From NCBI GenBank assembly GCA_964564395.1, contig CAZMBT010000001.1, positions 1-34,705 on the forward strand: 34,705 bases of DNA, given 5' to 3'. The notes under the pieces were generated by a model. That model worked only from the letters and a program-made list of their open reading frames with translations. It was not told the DNA's origin and did no database searches. Source of the stretch: an uncultured Alkalilacustris sp. (GTDB lineage: Bacteria > Pseudomonadota > Alphaproteobacteria > Rhodobacterales > Rhodobacteraceae). The position numbers were made by a program, and so were the translations under genes. Position 1 is the first letter of the stretch. Every line of letters starts with the position of its first letter. Shown piece by piece: positions 16,667 to 25,577 of the stretch.

Positions 16667-17593
16667 TCAGCCGCGCAGGTCGAGAACGATCTTTCCCCGA
16701 GTGCGTCCCGTTTCGATCAGTCGATGTGCCTCGACGAATTCCGCGAAGGGCAGGACCCGCGACACCTGTGCCACGACAGCCCCGGAGGCCACGAGATCGA
16801 GCAGCGCGCGCAGGGCGCCTGTGCCGGGCTCCACTTCGGCCATGCGTTCGCTGATGTCGTCGCGGGCATAGGCGGCGCCGAAGGGCATGGCGTTCAGGGC
16901 TATGAGCCGCCCGCCGGGACGCAGCAGCTTGCGGCTGCGCTCATGCGTTTCGCCGCCGATCAGGTCGAACACAAGGTCGAAGGTTTCGCTCGTCGCATCG
17001 AAGGCCTGCACATCGCGACGGACGACATGGTCGGCACCGAGTCCGGCCAGGTAATCGGCATTGTCCGACGAGCCGACGGCCCAGACGGTTGCGCCGCGGG
17101 CGCGGGCAAGTTGCACGGCCAGGCTGCCGACACCCCCTGCTGCGGCGTGGATCAGCGCATCCTCGCCAGCGCCGAGTTCGCCGGTCTCGATGAGGCCGGC
17201 CCAGGCGCTTATCCCGGCCAACGGCAGGCCTGCCGCCTCGATCGGTCCCAGCCCTTCGGGCACCGGCTCGACCAGATCGGCGGGCAGGGCGAGCCGCGTC
17301 ACCCAGGTCGCCATGCCGCGTGGTGCCAGGTAACAGACGCGCCGCCCCATCAGCGCGGGATCGACCCCGGCCCCCACCGCCTCCACGACCCCCGCGCCGT
17401 CGCGCCCGCTTCCGGCCGGAACGTTGCGCGGCAGGCCCGGAAAGTTGCCGCTGCGGATCTTGGCATCCACGGGGTTTACGCTCGCGGCTTCGACAGCGAT
17501 CAGTACCTCGCCCGCGCCGGGCTCCGGGTCCGGCGCCGTGACGCATCGCAGCACCTCGGGCCCGCCACAGCGGTCATATATGACGGTTCTCAT
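16667..17593 (-). CDS. NAD(P)H-dependent MDR-family (quinone/enoyl reductase-like) oxidoreductase
   Basis: GGPEVL, AASVNPVDAKIRSG, GRDGAGVV, LIHAAAGGVGSLAVQLA, GRTRGKIVL. ATGA overlap with the ABC ATPase stop. Confidence 0.92.
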   Translation of the reverse strand: MRTVIYDRCGGPEVLRCVTAPDPEPGAGEVLIAVEAASVNPVDAKIRSGNFPGLPRNVPAGSGRDGAGVVEAVGAGVDPALMGRRVCYLAPRGMATWVTRLALPADLVEPVPEGLGPIEAAGLPLAGISAWAGLIETGELGAGEDALIHAAAGGVGSLAVQLARARGATVWAVGSSDNADYLAGLGADHVVRRDVQAFDATSETFDLVFDLIGGETHERSRKLLRPGGRLIALNAMPFGAAYARDDISERMAEVEPGTGALRALLDLVASGAVVAQVSRVLPFAEFVEAHRLIETGRTRGKIVLDLRG

Positions 17594-19431
17594 GATGTGG
17601 CTCCCTGAAGATCCGGGATGGTGGCGGTCGCCTGGTCGGGCGGGACCGAGGCAAGCAGGCTGCGGGTATAGGGATGCGCGGGGTTGGCAAAGACCGCATC
17701 GGTGGCGCCGGTCTCGACGATCTCGCCGCGATTCATGACCGCGACCCGGTCGCACAGATAGCGCACCACCGACAGATCGTGCGAGATGAACAGCATGGAA
17801 AACGCGTGCTCCTTGCGCAAGCGCAGCAACAGGTTCAGAAGCTGCGCCTGCACCGAAACATCGAGGCCCGATGCGATCTCGTCCGCCACAAGTACTTTCG
17901 GGGGGCGGCACAGTGCGCGGGCGATGTTGACGCGTTGCTTCTGTCCGCCCGACAGCTGCGCGGGATAACTCTGCGCGGCTTCCGGCGCGAGGCCGATTTC
18001 CAGAAGCAGTTCGCGTGCGCGTGTCATCCTTTCGGCCTCGGGCACGCCGGCCGCTTCCAGCACCTGGGTTATGATCGCGGCGACCCGCCGGCGCGGGTTG
18101 AGGGCCGATTGCGGATCCTGAAAGACGATCTGCACATTCTCGCGGCGAAAGACGCGGGTCTCGGGGCGGTCATCGCCGATGTCGCGATCGAGAAGCGTGA
18201 TGCGACCGCGCGTCGGCATGTCGAGGCCGACGACGAGACGCCCGAGCGTGGACTTGCCGCTGCCACTCTCGCCCACGATGCCGAGGAATTCGCCCGGATG
18301 CAGTTCGAGTGTGGCGCTGCGCAGCGCGCTGAACGTGTCGGGCTGCCCGATCAGGCGCCAGCGGGTGACGAAGTCCTTGCCCAGATCATCGAGCTTCAGA
18401 ACGGGCGTGCGTGTCATCGTTTCGGCGGGCGCATGGTCGGGCGGGGGCGGCGGAGCGATGCGAGCTGTCGCCTCCGGGCGCAGGCAGGCGGCGGTATGGC
18501 CCGGCTCGACTTCGATGCGCGTCGGTTCAGCCGCGAGGCAAGCGCTGTCGGCCAACGGACAACGATCGGCGAACCGGCAGCCGGACATGTCGCGGACCGC
18601 ACGCAGCCCCGGCATCCGCTCGGGCAGGGTATAAAGCCCGCGCCGTGGCCCGGCCATCGCCGGCACCGCGAGTTGCAGACAGCGCGTATAGGGATGTCGC
18701 GGGTTCTCCAGCAGTGTGCGGCCGGGGCCATACTCGGCCTGTCGCCCGGCATAGAGCACCATGATCACGTCGCAGATCTGCGCTGCAAGCCGCAGGTCAT
18801 GTGTGATGAAGATCACCGCCGTGCCGTGTTGTCGTTGCAGATCCGCAATCAGTTCAATGATCCGGGCCTGGATCGTGACATCGAGCGCTGTCGTCGGCTC
18901 GTCCGCAATCAGCAGCTTCGGGCGGCTGACGAAGGCCATGGCGATCAGCACGCGCTGGCACATCCCGCCCGAGAGCTGATGCGGATACTTTGACAGCAGG
19001 CCCGCAGGGTCCGGCAACTGAACATCTGTCAATGCCGCGATCGCCCCTGCGCGCCAGCCGCCACGCCCGACGCCAATGCGCAACAGATGCTCGCGCATCT
19101 GTTGACCCACCGTCAGCACCGGGTTGAGCGCCGAAAGCGGCTCCTGCGGGACGAAGGCGATATCGCGGCCGAAGAGCGCGCGGCGTGCGTCGGGCTCCAT
19201 GCCCAGCAGGTCACGGCCCATGAATCGCAGGCTGCCGCCGGTAACCGAGAAACCGCGCGGCAGAAGCTGGGCGATGCTGCGTGTGATCATCGACTTGCCC
19301 GCACCCGATTCGCCCACGATTCCGAGGGTGCGCCCCGGTTCCACGGCGAAGGTCAGGTTTGAGAGCGCCGGAAACTCCTGCGTCTGAAGCTGCATGGCGA
19401 CCGACAGATCCTGTGCCTCGAGCAACGCCAT
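17590..19431 (-). CDS. Peptide/nickel-type ABC transporter ATPase with two fused NBDs (DppD+DppF-like)
   Basis: Two Walker A motifs (GESGAGKS, GESGSGKS), two LSGG signatures, ADEPT/ADEI, HDL, HPYT tails, and a Cys cluster CRFADRC...C...C. Confidence 0.95.
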   Translation of the reverse strand: MALLEAQDLSVAMQLQTQEFPALSNLTFAVEPGRTLGIVGESGAGKSMITRSIAQLLPRGFSVTGGSLRFMGRDLLGMEPDARRALFGRDIAFVPQEPLSALNPVLTVGQQMREHLLRIGVGRGGWRAGAIAALTDVQLPDPAGLLSKYPHQLSGGMCQRVLIAMAFVSRPKLLIADEPTTALDVTIQARIIELIADLQRQHGTAVIFITHDLRLAAQICDVIMVLYAGRQAEYGPGRTLLENPRHPYTRCLQLAVPAMAGPRRGLYTLPERMPGLRAVRDMSGCRFADRCPLADSACLAAEPTRIEVEPGHTAACLRPEATARIAPPPPPDHAPAETMTRTPVLKLDDLGKDFVTRWRLIGQPDTFSALRSATLELHPGEFLGIVGESGSGKSTLGRLVVGLDMPTRGRITLLDRDIGDDRPETRVFRRENVQIVFQDPQSALNPRRRVAAIITQVLEAAGVPEAERMTRARELLLEIGLAPEAAQSYPAQLSGGQKQRVNIARALCRPPKVLVADEIASGLDVSVQAQLLNLLLRLRKEHAFSMLFISHDLSVVRYLCDRVAVMNRGEIVETGATDAVFANPAHPYTRSLLASVPPDQATATIPDLQGATS

Positions 19432-19432
19432 C

Positions 19433-20290
19433 TCAGCCGCGCTCCGATTGGGTCAGCCGGGCGTCGAGGGTGCGACGCAGGCCATCGCCGAGAATGTTGA
19501 AGGCAAACACCACTACAAAGATCGCGCCGACGGGAAACAGGACGTTCCAGGGCGCCTGATAAATGGTCTGGCGCGCATCCGCGATCATCTGGCCCCAGGC
19601 CGGGGTGTCCGCGCCCACACTCATCCCGACGAAGGACAGGATCGCCTCGACGATCACGGCAATCCCCATCTCCAGCGCCAGAAGCGTGATGAGCAGCGGA
19701 AACGTTGCCGGGGCCACCTCGCGGATCACCGTGCGCATGTGCGAAAAGCCCATCAACCGAGCCGCCGCCACATAGTCACGTTGACAGACCACCATCACTT
19801 CGGCGCGCAGAACCCGGCAGAAGCGGGTCCAGTCGACGAGGATGATGGCCAGGATCACGTTCTGGATCCCGCTGCCCAAGCCCACCATCAGGATCAGTGA
19901 CAGGATCACCGGCGGGAAGGACAACCAGATATCGACGATGCGCCCGATCAGCCAGTCGACCCAGCCGCCGAGATAACCCGCGGCATAGGCCAGCAGCGCC
20001 CCCAGCGTCATGGCCCCGGCCGAGGCGATCACCGCCACGGTCAGCGCCACCCGCGCGCCATAGATCAGCCGCGAGAGGATGCAGCGACCGAGACTGTCGG
20101 TTCCCAACGGCCATGTCGCGCTGCCGCCCGGCGCCCAGGCCGGTGGCATGAGTGTGGCCAGCAGATCCTGCCGGTTCGGATCGTTCGGGGCGAGCCAAGG
20201 CGCGAAGAGCGCGCACAGCACCACGATAAGCACCAGCGACAGGCCCAGGATCACACGCCCCGATCGCGCCCAGGGAGGAAGTCTCGTCAC
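19433..20290 (-). CDS. Peptide-type ABC transporter permease (DppC-like)
   Basis: WPLGTDSLGR-x-ILSRLIYGAR, EAA-like loop DYVAAARLMG, EAILSFVG, FNILGDGLR. Confidence 0.95.
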   Translation of the reverse strand: MTRLPPWARSGRVILGLSLVLIVVLCALFAPWLAPNDPNRQDLLATLMPPAWAPGGSATWPLGTDSLGRCILSRLIYGARVALTVAVIASAGAMTLGALLAYAAGYLGGWVDWLIGRIVDIWLSFPPVILSLILMVGLGSGIQNVILAIILVDWTRFCRVLRAEVMVVCQRDYVAAARLMGFSHMRTVIREVAPATFPLLITLLALEMGIAVIVEAILSFVGMSVGADTPAWGQMIADARQTIYQAPWNVLFPVGAIFVVVFAFNILGDGLRRTLDARLTQSERG

Positions 20291-20291
20291 G

Positions 20292-21308
20292 TCAGCGGGT
20301 CCTCAGCTTCGGGTTCAGGATCAGATACAGGCTGTCGACGGTCATGCTGACCAGCAGCACCACCACGCAATAGGTCAGACCGACCGCCTGAATGATCGGC
20401 AGGTCGGTGTTGCGGATGGCATCGACCATCAGGTTGCCCATACCGGGATAGGAAAAGATGATCTCGACCAGAAGCGTGCCGCCGAACAGGAAGCCGAACT
20501 GCACGCCCATCAGGCTCAGTGTCGGCAGGATCGCGTTCTTCAGCCCGTGGCGCAGCAGGATGCGCCTTTCGGACAGGCCGCGCAGTCGCGCCTGATGGAT
20601 GAAATCCTCCTGGTAGGTGTCGAGCAGGCTGGATCTCAGGATGCGGATGATCGGCGGCGCGGCGGATATGCCCAGCGCCATTGCCGGCAGGATCATGTGG
20701 TAAAGCGCGTTGAAGAACGCCTTCGGTTGCCCCGTGACAAGCGTGTCGATCAACAGGAACCCGGTGATTATCGGGCGATCGAGGTCGGGGCTCAGTCTGC
20801 CGGTGAAGGGCAGGATCTGCCACACCACGCCGAAGGTCAGCATCAAGAACAGCGCCCAGAGAAAATCGGGCAGCGACAGGACCGCGATCGTGCCGACATC
20901 GAGCACGGCCTCGGTCCGTGTGTCCCGGAAATGGAAGATCAGAAGCCCCCCGGCGAGGCCGAGTCCGCCGCCCAGCACCATTCCCATCACTGCAAGCTCG
21001 ATCGTTGCGGGCAGCGTGGTCGCGATCAATCCGGCGACGTCGGTGCGAAAATGGATCGACCTGCCGAAATCTCCCTGCAGCAGATCCCCAAGCCAGATCA
21101 GATACTGTTGCGGCACCGGCAGATCGAGGCCCATCTGCGCCCGCATCTGCTCGATCTGCTCGAGCGTGGCATTGGGCGGCACCGACATGGCGGCTGGGTC
21201 GACGGGCAGCACCCGAAGCACCATGAACAGCAGGATCGATACGAACAGCAGCGTCGGTATCGCCACGAGAACCCGCCGCATGAGGAGCTTCGCGATCGTC
21301 GCCGTCAT
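20292..21308 (-). CDS. Peptide-type ABC transporter permease (DppB-like)
   Basis: GLDLP-x-x-QY, GDFGRS, LPATIEL, ARLRGLSE-x-x-ILLRH-x-LKNA, VEIIFSYPGMG, LNPKLR. Confidence 0.95.
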   Translation of the reverse strand: MTATIAKLLMRRVLVAIPTLLFVSILLFMVLRVLPVDPAAMSVPPNATLEQIEQMRAQMGLDLPVPQQYLIWLGDLLQGDFGRSIHFRTDVAGLIATTLPATIELAVMGMVLGGGLGLAGGLLIFHFRDTRTEAVLDVGTIAVLSLPDFLWALFLMLTFGVVWQILPFTGRLSPDLDRPIITGFLLIDTLVTGQPKAFFNALYHMILPAMALGISAAPPIIRILRSSLLDTYQEDFIHQARLRGLSERRILLRHGLKNAILPTLSLMGVQFGFLFGGTLLVEIIFSYPGMGNLMVDAIRNTDLPIIQAVGLTYCVVVLLVSMTVDSLYLILNPKLRTR

Positions 21309-21334
21309 CCGGGATACCCACCGCCTTCAAGGGT

Positions 21335-21359
21335 GGCGCCGGCGAGGACCGCCGGCGCC
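21335..21359. other. Intercistronic stem-loop after the substrate-binding protein gene
   Basis: GGCGCCGGCG / CGCCGGCGCC 10-bp stem with a 5-nt loop, between the SBP and the first permease. This is the typical position for an mRNA-stabilising hairpin. Confidence 0.6.
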
Positions 21360-21384
21360 GTTCGATGTGACCGCGCGCCCGGGC

Positions 21385-22908
21385 TCACGACCAGGACATG
21401 GTCGCGGGCAGCACCCAGCCATTGCCGTAGCGGCGATAGCTCAGCCCGCTGTCGCGCACGAGGGTCTGCACGCTTTGCAGCAGCGGGATGGTCGCGCCCA
21501 TCTCGGTCGCCTGACGGTTGAGTTCGCGGTATCCCGCGATCCGTGTTTCGTAATCGGGCTCGGCGAACAGCTCCAGCACCCGGTTGCCCGGCTCGTCGGC
21601 CTTCCAGGACGAAAAGGGCATCCGCGGGTTGAGCAGGTAGCCGGTGAAGATTTCCGGGTCGCCCGTCGCGTTGTCCCAGGAATAGAGCGTGGCCTCGGGC
21701 AGCTGGTTGCCGCGGTTGAGCTCGAAATACCGGGCGTACTCGATCACGTCGAGCGACACCTCGATGCCGACCTCGCCCCACATCTGCACCAACGCCCGCG
21801 CGATGTCGTAGTCACTGGGAAAATGGCCATTGGTTGTGGCCATCGTGAACTGTACCGGGTTGTCGGGCGAGTAGCCGGAAGCTGCGAGCAACTCGCGCGC
21901 GCGGTCCGGATCATGGGCGAACTCGAACCCTTCGACATAACCCGGCGTGCCCGGAGGGGCCACAACCGAAAGCGGCACCGCCGCGTCGCCATAGAAGGCC
22001 CGCGACAGCGCCGCCTTGTCGATCGCGTGATGCGCGGCAAGGCGGATGTTCTGATCGGCGAAGGTCATGTCATGGCGAAGCTGCAGCAGGATGACCCGGG
22101 TGATCGGGTTGATTTCTCCCTCTAGCTGCGGCATCGCGCCAAGACGTTCGACCTCGCGCACCGGCACGTTGATCGTCAGATGTGCCTGGCCCGACTGTAC
22201 CGCGGCCACGCGTGCGGAAGGGTCGCGGATGATGTTGATCGTGACGCGCTCGATCGCGGGCTTTTCGCCCCAGTAGTCCTCGTGCCGCTCCAGCACGATG
22301 CGCGAATTCATCTGGTACTCGACGAGCTTGTAGGGGCCGGTGCCGATGGGGCGCTCGCGGAACCCGTCGAGGCCGACCTCCTCCATATACGCCTTGGGCA
22401 CGACGAAGCTGCCCATGAAGGCCAGCCATTGCGGCGCGGTCGGGGTCGGCGCGTTGAAGCGGAACACGCCCGAGGTTGGCGAGAGGATTTCGATGTCCTC
22501 TAGGTTGCCCCATGTGTTGGCGATGTCGAGCTGCTCGCCCGCCGCAACCCGCTCGTAGAAGGTGAAGCGGATGTCGTCGATCGTCATCGGCGTGCCGTCA
22601 TGAAACACCACGTCGTCGCGGATCGAGAAGCTGAGCGACAGGCCGTCCTCGGCGAGATCCCATTCCGTGAACAGGCTGGGCACGAAGTTGAGATCGGCGT
22701 CCTGCTCGATGGGTTGATCGAAGACCGACTTGTACAGCGGCTGCGCATCAGGCTGAAAACGTTGGTTGGGATCCCAGTTCGGCACGTCCGACGGCCAGCC
22801 AATGGTGACCGAGCGGCCGTCCTGGGCAAAGGCCGGGGCGGACCCGCCGAAGATCTTGGCCCCGGCGGTGCCGAGGGCGATCATGTGAAGAAGGCTTCTG
22901 CGTTTCAT
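21385..22908 (-). CDS. ABC transporter substrate-binding protein, family 5, with Tat-type signal
   Basis: MKRRSLL signal, FHDGTP, PIGTGPYK, YWGEKP, D-x-SARVAA-x-x-SG, RLAAHHAIDK, DPDRARELLAASG. Start moved to 22908. Confidence 0.95.
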   Translation of the reverse strand: MKRRSLLHMIALGTAGAKIFGGSAPAFAQDGRSVTIGWPSDVPNWDPNQRFQPDAQPLYKSVFDQPIEQDADLNFVPSLFTEWDLAEDGLSLSFSIRDDVVFHDGTPMTIDDIRFTFYERVAAGEQLDIANTWGNLEDIEILSPTSGVFRFNAPTPTAPQWLAFMGSFVVPKAYMEEVGLDGFRERPIGTGPYKLVEYQMNSRIVLERHEDYWGEKPAIERVTINIIRDPSARVAAVQSGQAHLTINVPVREVERLGAMPQLEGEINPITRVILLQLRHDMTFADQNIRLAAHHAIDKAALSRAFYGDAAVPLSVVAPPGTPGYVEGFEFAHDPDRARELLAASGYSPDNPVQFTMATTNGHFPSDYDIARALVQMWGEVGIEVSLDVIEYARYFELNRGNQLPEATLYSWDNATGDPEIFTGYLLNPRMPFSSWKADEPGNRVLELFAEPDYETRIAGYRELNRQATEMGATIPLLQSVQTLVRDSGLSYRRYGNGWVLPATMSWS

Positions 22909-22953
22909 GGTTCCGTGTTCCCTCTCTGTCAGCGCTTCGTTTTGTGGCACTCG

Positions 22954-23655
22954 CTACATTGCGCGGCGTTGCATCAGCACATGCGATGTTGGCCCCGAGA
23001 ATGGCGGAAAGCTCTGGTAGTGCGCGCGAAGTTCGTCACGCGCGGGCGACTGCATCGCGGCGTTGAAATCCGCGACCGTTTCGAAGGCGACCTCGTTGCC
23101 GATCAGGTAATCGCCCTGCGCCACCCCCGGCACGGCGAGGTCGTCGAGCGGCAGATAGCACAGGATCGCGCGAATGCCGGGCAGCCCGGCCTGCACCGAT
23201 GGATGCGAGTCGAGATAGCATTGCCGGAACGCGGCTTCATCCTCCGCCGGGCGTCGATAGCGCACGACATAGCTGATCGGCGCGGTCAGGGTGGTGCCGG
23301 GGCCGTCCGGCACCGGGTAGTAGTGCCGCTCGAAGCCGGTCGCGACAACCCGCGCATCCGATGGCAACACGGCGATCGCCTCATCGATCGCGCCATTTCG
23401 CATGGCATCGCCAAGCGCCTTGCGGGCGTCGAACTCGGCGATGACGATGGCGTCGGGCGCGGGCTCGGGCAGGTTGAACGGGTCGTGCCCGGCCTCCGAT
23501 GCGGGCAGGTAGATGTCGATCCGGCCAAGTCCCGCCGGCCCGGCAGCCCGCAATGCCACCGCGAGGCGCTCCGCCGCGGATGAGGCGTGGCCCGCGAGCC
23601 CCGTCAGCAGGATCTCGCAGGCTGCCGTTTCCAGGCTGGCCGACACGCTGTCCAT
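22954..23655 (-). CDS. EthD-like (dimeric alpha+beta barrel) protein
   Basis: C-terminal half YVVRYRRPAEDEAAFRQCYLDSHP...LPGIR...EVAFETVADFNAAMQSP fits the EthD pattern. GGAGG RBS before ATG 23655. Confidence 0.75.
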   Translation of the reverse strand: MDSVSASLETAACEILLTGLAGHASSAAERLAVALRAAGPAGLGRIDIYLPASEAGHDPFNLPEPAPDAIVIAEFDARKALGDAMRNGAIDEAIAVLPSDARVVATGFERHYYPVPDGPGTTLTAPISYVVRYRRPAEDEAAFRQCYLDSHPSVQAGLPGIRAILCYLPLDDLAVPGVAQGDYLIGNEVAFETVADFNAAMQSPARDELRAHYQSFPPFSGPTSHVLMQRRAM

Positions 23656-23717
23656 TGGTGTTCGCCTCCCCACACGCGCGATGCGCTGAATCCATGCCTG
23701 GGGGCCGTTGGTCGGCC

Positions 23718-23937
23718 TCTGATTTCTGAATCCTGTTTCATAGAGGGTCCGGCGTTTTCAACGCTTCTGTCAAGCTCAATCTATGAGGATGGAAGTGATT
23801 TGTATGCAGTAATCCGGTGCTCGATGGCTGAATCCTCCTGACTCGTTGACAATGCCCCGGACTCGTCCTTTACTGACCCCGCAGTACGGGTATGCGCGTC
23901 GATTTTCGCCAGTGCGCATTCAGTATTCAGAATTCGG
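23718..23937. promoter_or_regulatory. Divergent promoter region with two triplets of 7-bp repeats (candidate GntR operators)
   Basis: + strand CATTCAG-TATTCAG-AATTCGG (23917-23937). - strand AAACAGG-ATTCAGA-AATCAGA (23718-23738). TTGACA at 23846. Confidence 0.55.
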
Positions 23938-23945
23938 AGTTATTG

Positions 23946-24665
23946 ATGGCCAACGCCCGTTCGATCTCCTTCGCGCCCGGCCGGGGAGAGAGTTTGCGCA
24001 CGCAGATCTATCAGGATCTGCGCGAGAAGCTTCGCGGCGGCGTGATCGCTCCGGGGGAACGGCTGATCGATGTCGGGATCGCGCGAAAGCTCGGGGTGTC
24101 GCGTATGCCGGTGCGTGAGGCCCTAATGCAGCTGGTCAGCGAAGGGCATCTCGTCTCGACGACCCGTGGCTTCGTTCTGCCGGAACTCGCACCGTCGGAT
24201 ATCGCGGATATCTTCGAGGTGCGTCGTTTGCTCGAACCGAGGGCCGCGGCGAATGCGGCGCGCGATCTGAGCGAGGAGGATCTTGACCGCCTCGAAGGGG
24301 CGGTCATCGACGCCGGGCGCGCGGTGGAGGAGGGCGATGTGGTCGGTCTCGCCGACGCGAATGCGGTGTTCCGGGCTACCTGGATCGGGGCGCTGCGCAA
24401 CGCGCGGCTGGCCGAGACAATCGAACGTTTTGCCGATCAGGTGCATGTCGTGCGCCGCGAAACCCTGCGCGATGCGGTCACCCGTGATGTGGTGCTGGAG
24501 GGCATGCGCGCCATTTATGCGGCTTTTCGCGCCCGCGACGCACTCGCCGCGCAAGACCGCATGACAAGGTTCATGCATGACGCGGAACAGAGCTATGGAC
24601 GCCTGAACCGTGACGCGGGTGGTGCCGATGAAGCCGGCAGCGGGTCGGATGACGCGCATGGCTGA
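23946..24665 (+). CDS. GntR-family regulator, FCD type
   Basis: SLRTQIYQDLR...PGERL...LGVSRMPVREAL, FEVRRLLEP, ANAVFR. GGAG RBS before ATG 23946. Confidence 0.93.
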   Translation: MANARSISFAPGRGESLRTQIYQDLREKLRGGVIAPGERLIDVGIARKLGVSRMPVREALMQLVSEGHLVSTTRGFVLPELAPSDIADIFEVRRLLEPRAAANAARDLSEEDLDRLEGAVIDAGRAVEEGDVVGLADANAVFRATWIGALRNARLAETIERFADQVHVVRRETLRDAVTRDVVLEGMRAIYAAFRARDALAAQDRMTRFMHDAEQSYGRLNRDAGGADEAGSGSDDAHG

Positions 24666-25470
24666 GGGCGTCCCCGGGAGCGCCGGCAAGCGCGACGCGA
24701 CGGATCCGGGCGGGGCGGCGTTGCTGCGTGATCGGCTGTGGCAGGGGGCGCCGGTCGGTCTCATGTGGTTTTCGATCGGGGCGCCGGCGCTGGTCGAGAT
24801 CGCCCTTGAGGCGGCGGATGGCAAGACGGGTGGCGGGGCCATCGTCATCGACGCCCAGCACGGCCTGTGGACGCGATCGGGAATCGAGGCCACGGTGGGC
24901 ATGGTGGCGGGGCGGATGCCGGTTCTGGTCCGGGTCGCCGATCATGGCGCGGCCGGCATCGCGCAGGCGCTCGACTCCGGCGCCGACGGGGTGATCGTGC
25001 CGCTGATCGAGACGGCCGCGCAAGCGGCGGCCGCAGTGGCGGCGGCGCGCTTTCCGCCGGAGGGCGCGCGCTCGGCAGGCGGCGTGCGGCCGCTCAAGGG
25101 CGGGTTCGGCCCGTATCTGGAGCGTGCACGCAAGGCAACCGTGGTTGCGGTCATGATCGAGACGGGGGCAGGACTTGCCGATGCGGCGGCCATTGCCGGG
25201 ACCCCGGGGATCGATCTTGTGTTCATAGGCACGGGCGATCTGGCGCTCGCCCTCGGTGACGAGGCTGCGGTGCAACTCGGGCCCGCCTGCGAGGCGATCC
25301 GCGCGACCTGCGCCGCGGCCGGAGTCGCTTGCGGAAGGTTCACCGGCCGACCCGCGGACGCGGTCGCCGCCGTGGCCGATGGCTATTCGGTAAGCGTCGT
25401 GTCGGTCGATATCGATGCCGTGTCGGAAGCCTTTCGCGGCGCCTGGGACATTTATTCGGGGACCGCCTGA
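24658..25470 (+). CDS. HpcH/HpaI-family class II pyruvate aldolase
   Basis: IDAQHG, LVRV, ALDSGADGVIVPLIET, FPPEG-x-RSAG, MIET, FIGTGDL. Overlaps the GntR stop. Confidence 0.9.
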   Translation: MAEGVPGSAGKRDATDPGGAALLRDRLWQGAPVGLMWFSIGAPALVEIALEAADGKTGGGAIVIDAQHGLWTRSGIEATVGMVAGRMPVLVRVADHGAAGIAQALDSGADGVIVPLIETAAQAAAAVAAARFPPEGARSAGGVRPLKGGFGPYLERARKATVVAVMIETGAGLADAAAIAGTPGIDLVFIGTGDLALALGDEAAVQLGPACEAIRATCAAAGVACGRFTGRPADAVAAVADGYSVSVVSVDIDAVSEAFRGAWDIYSGTA

Positions 25471-25577
25471 GCGTTGTCGCGCAGGGGCCAGCAACTGCGT
25501 TCGCGCCGATCCGGTTGAGGCGTGATGGGGCCTGCAGGCCGGGACCACGGATCAGCCCACGTCCCTGCGGCCTTCGC

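Noticed and set aside
20079-22125. Long + strand ORFs (480 and 471 aa) and the alternative-frame 347-aa ORF across the ABC genes
   Set aside because: Antisense or off-frame shadows of well-supported transporter genes.
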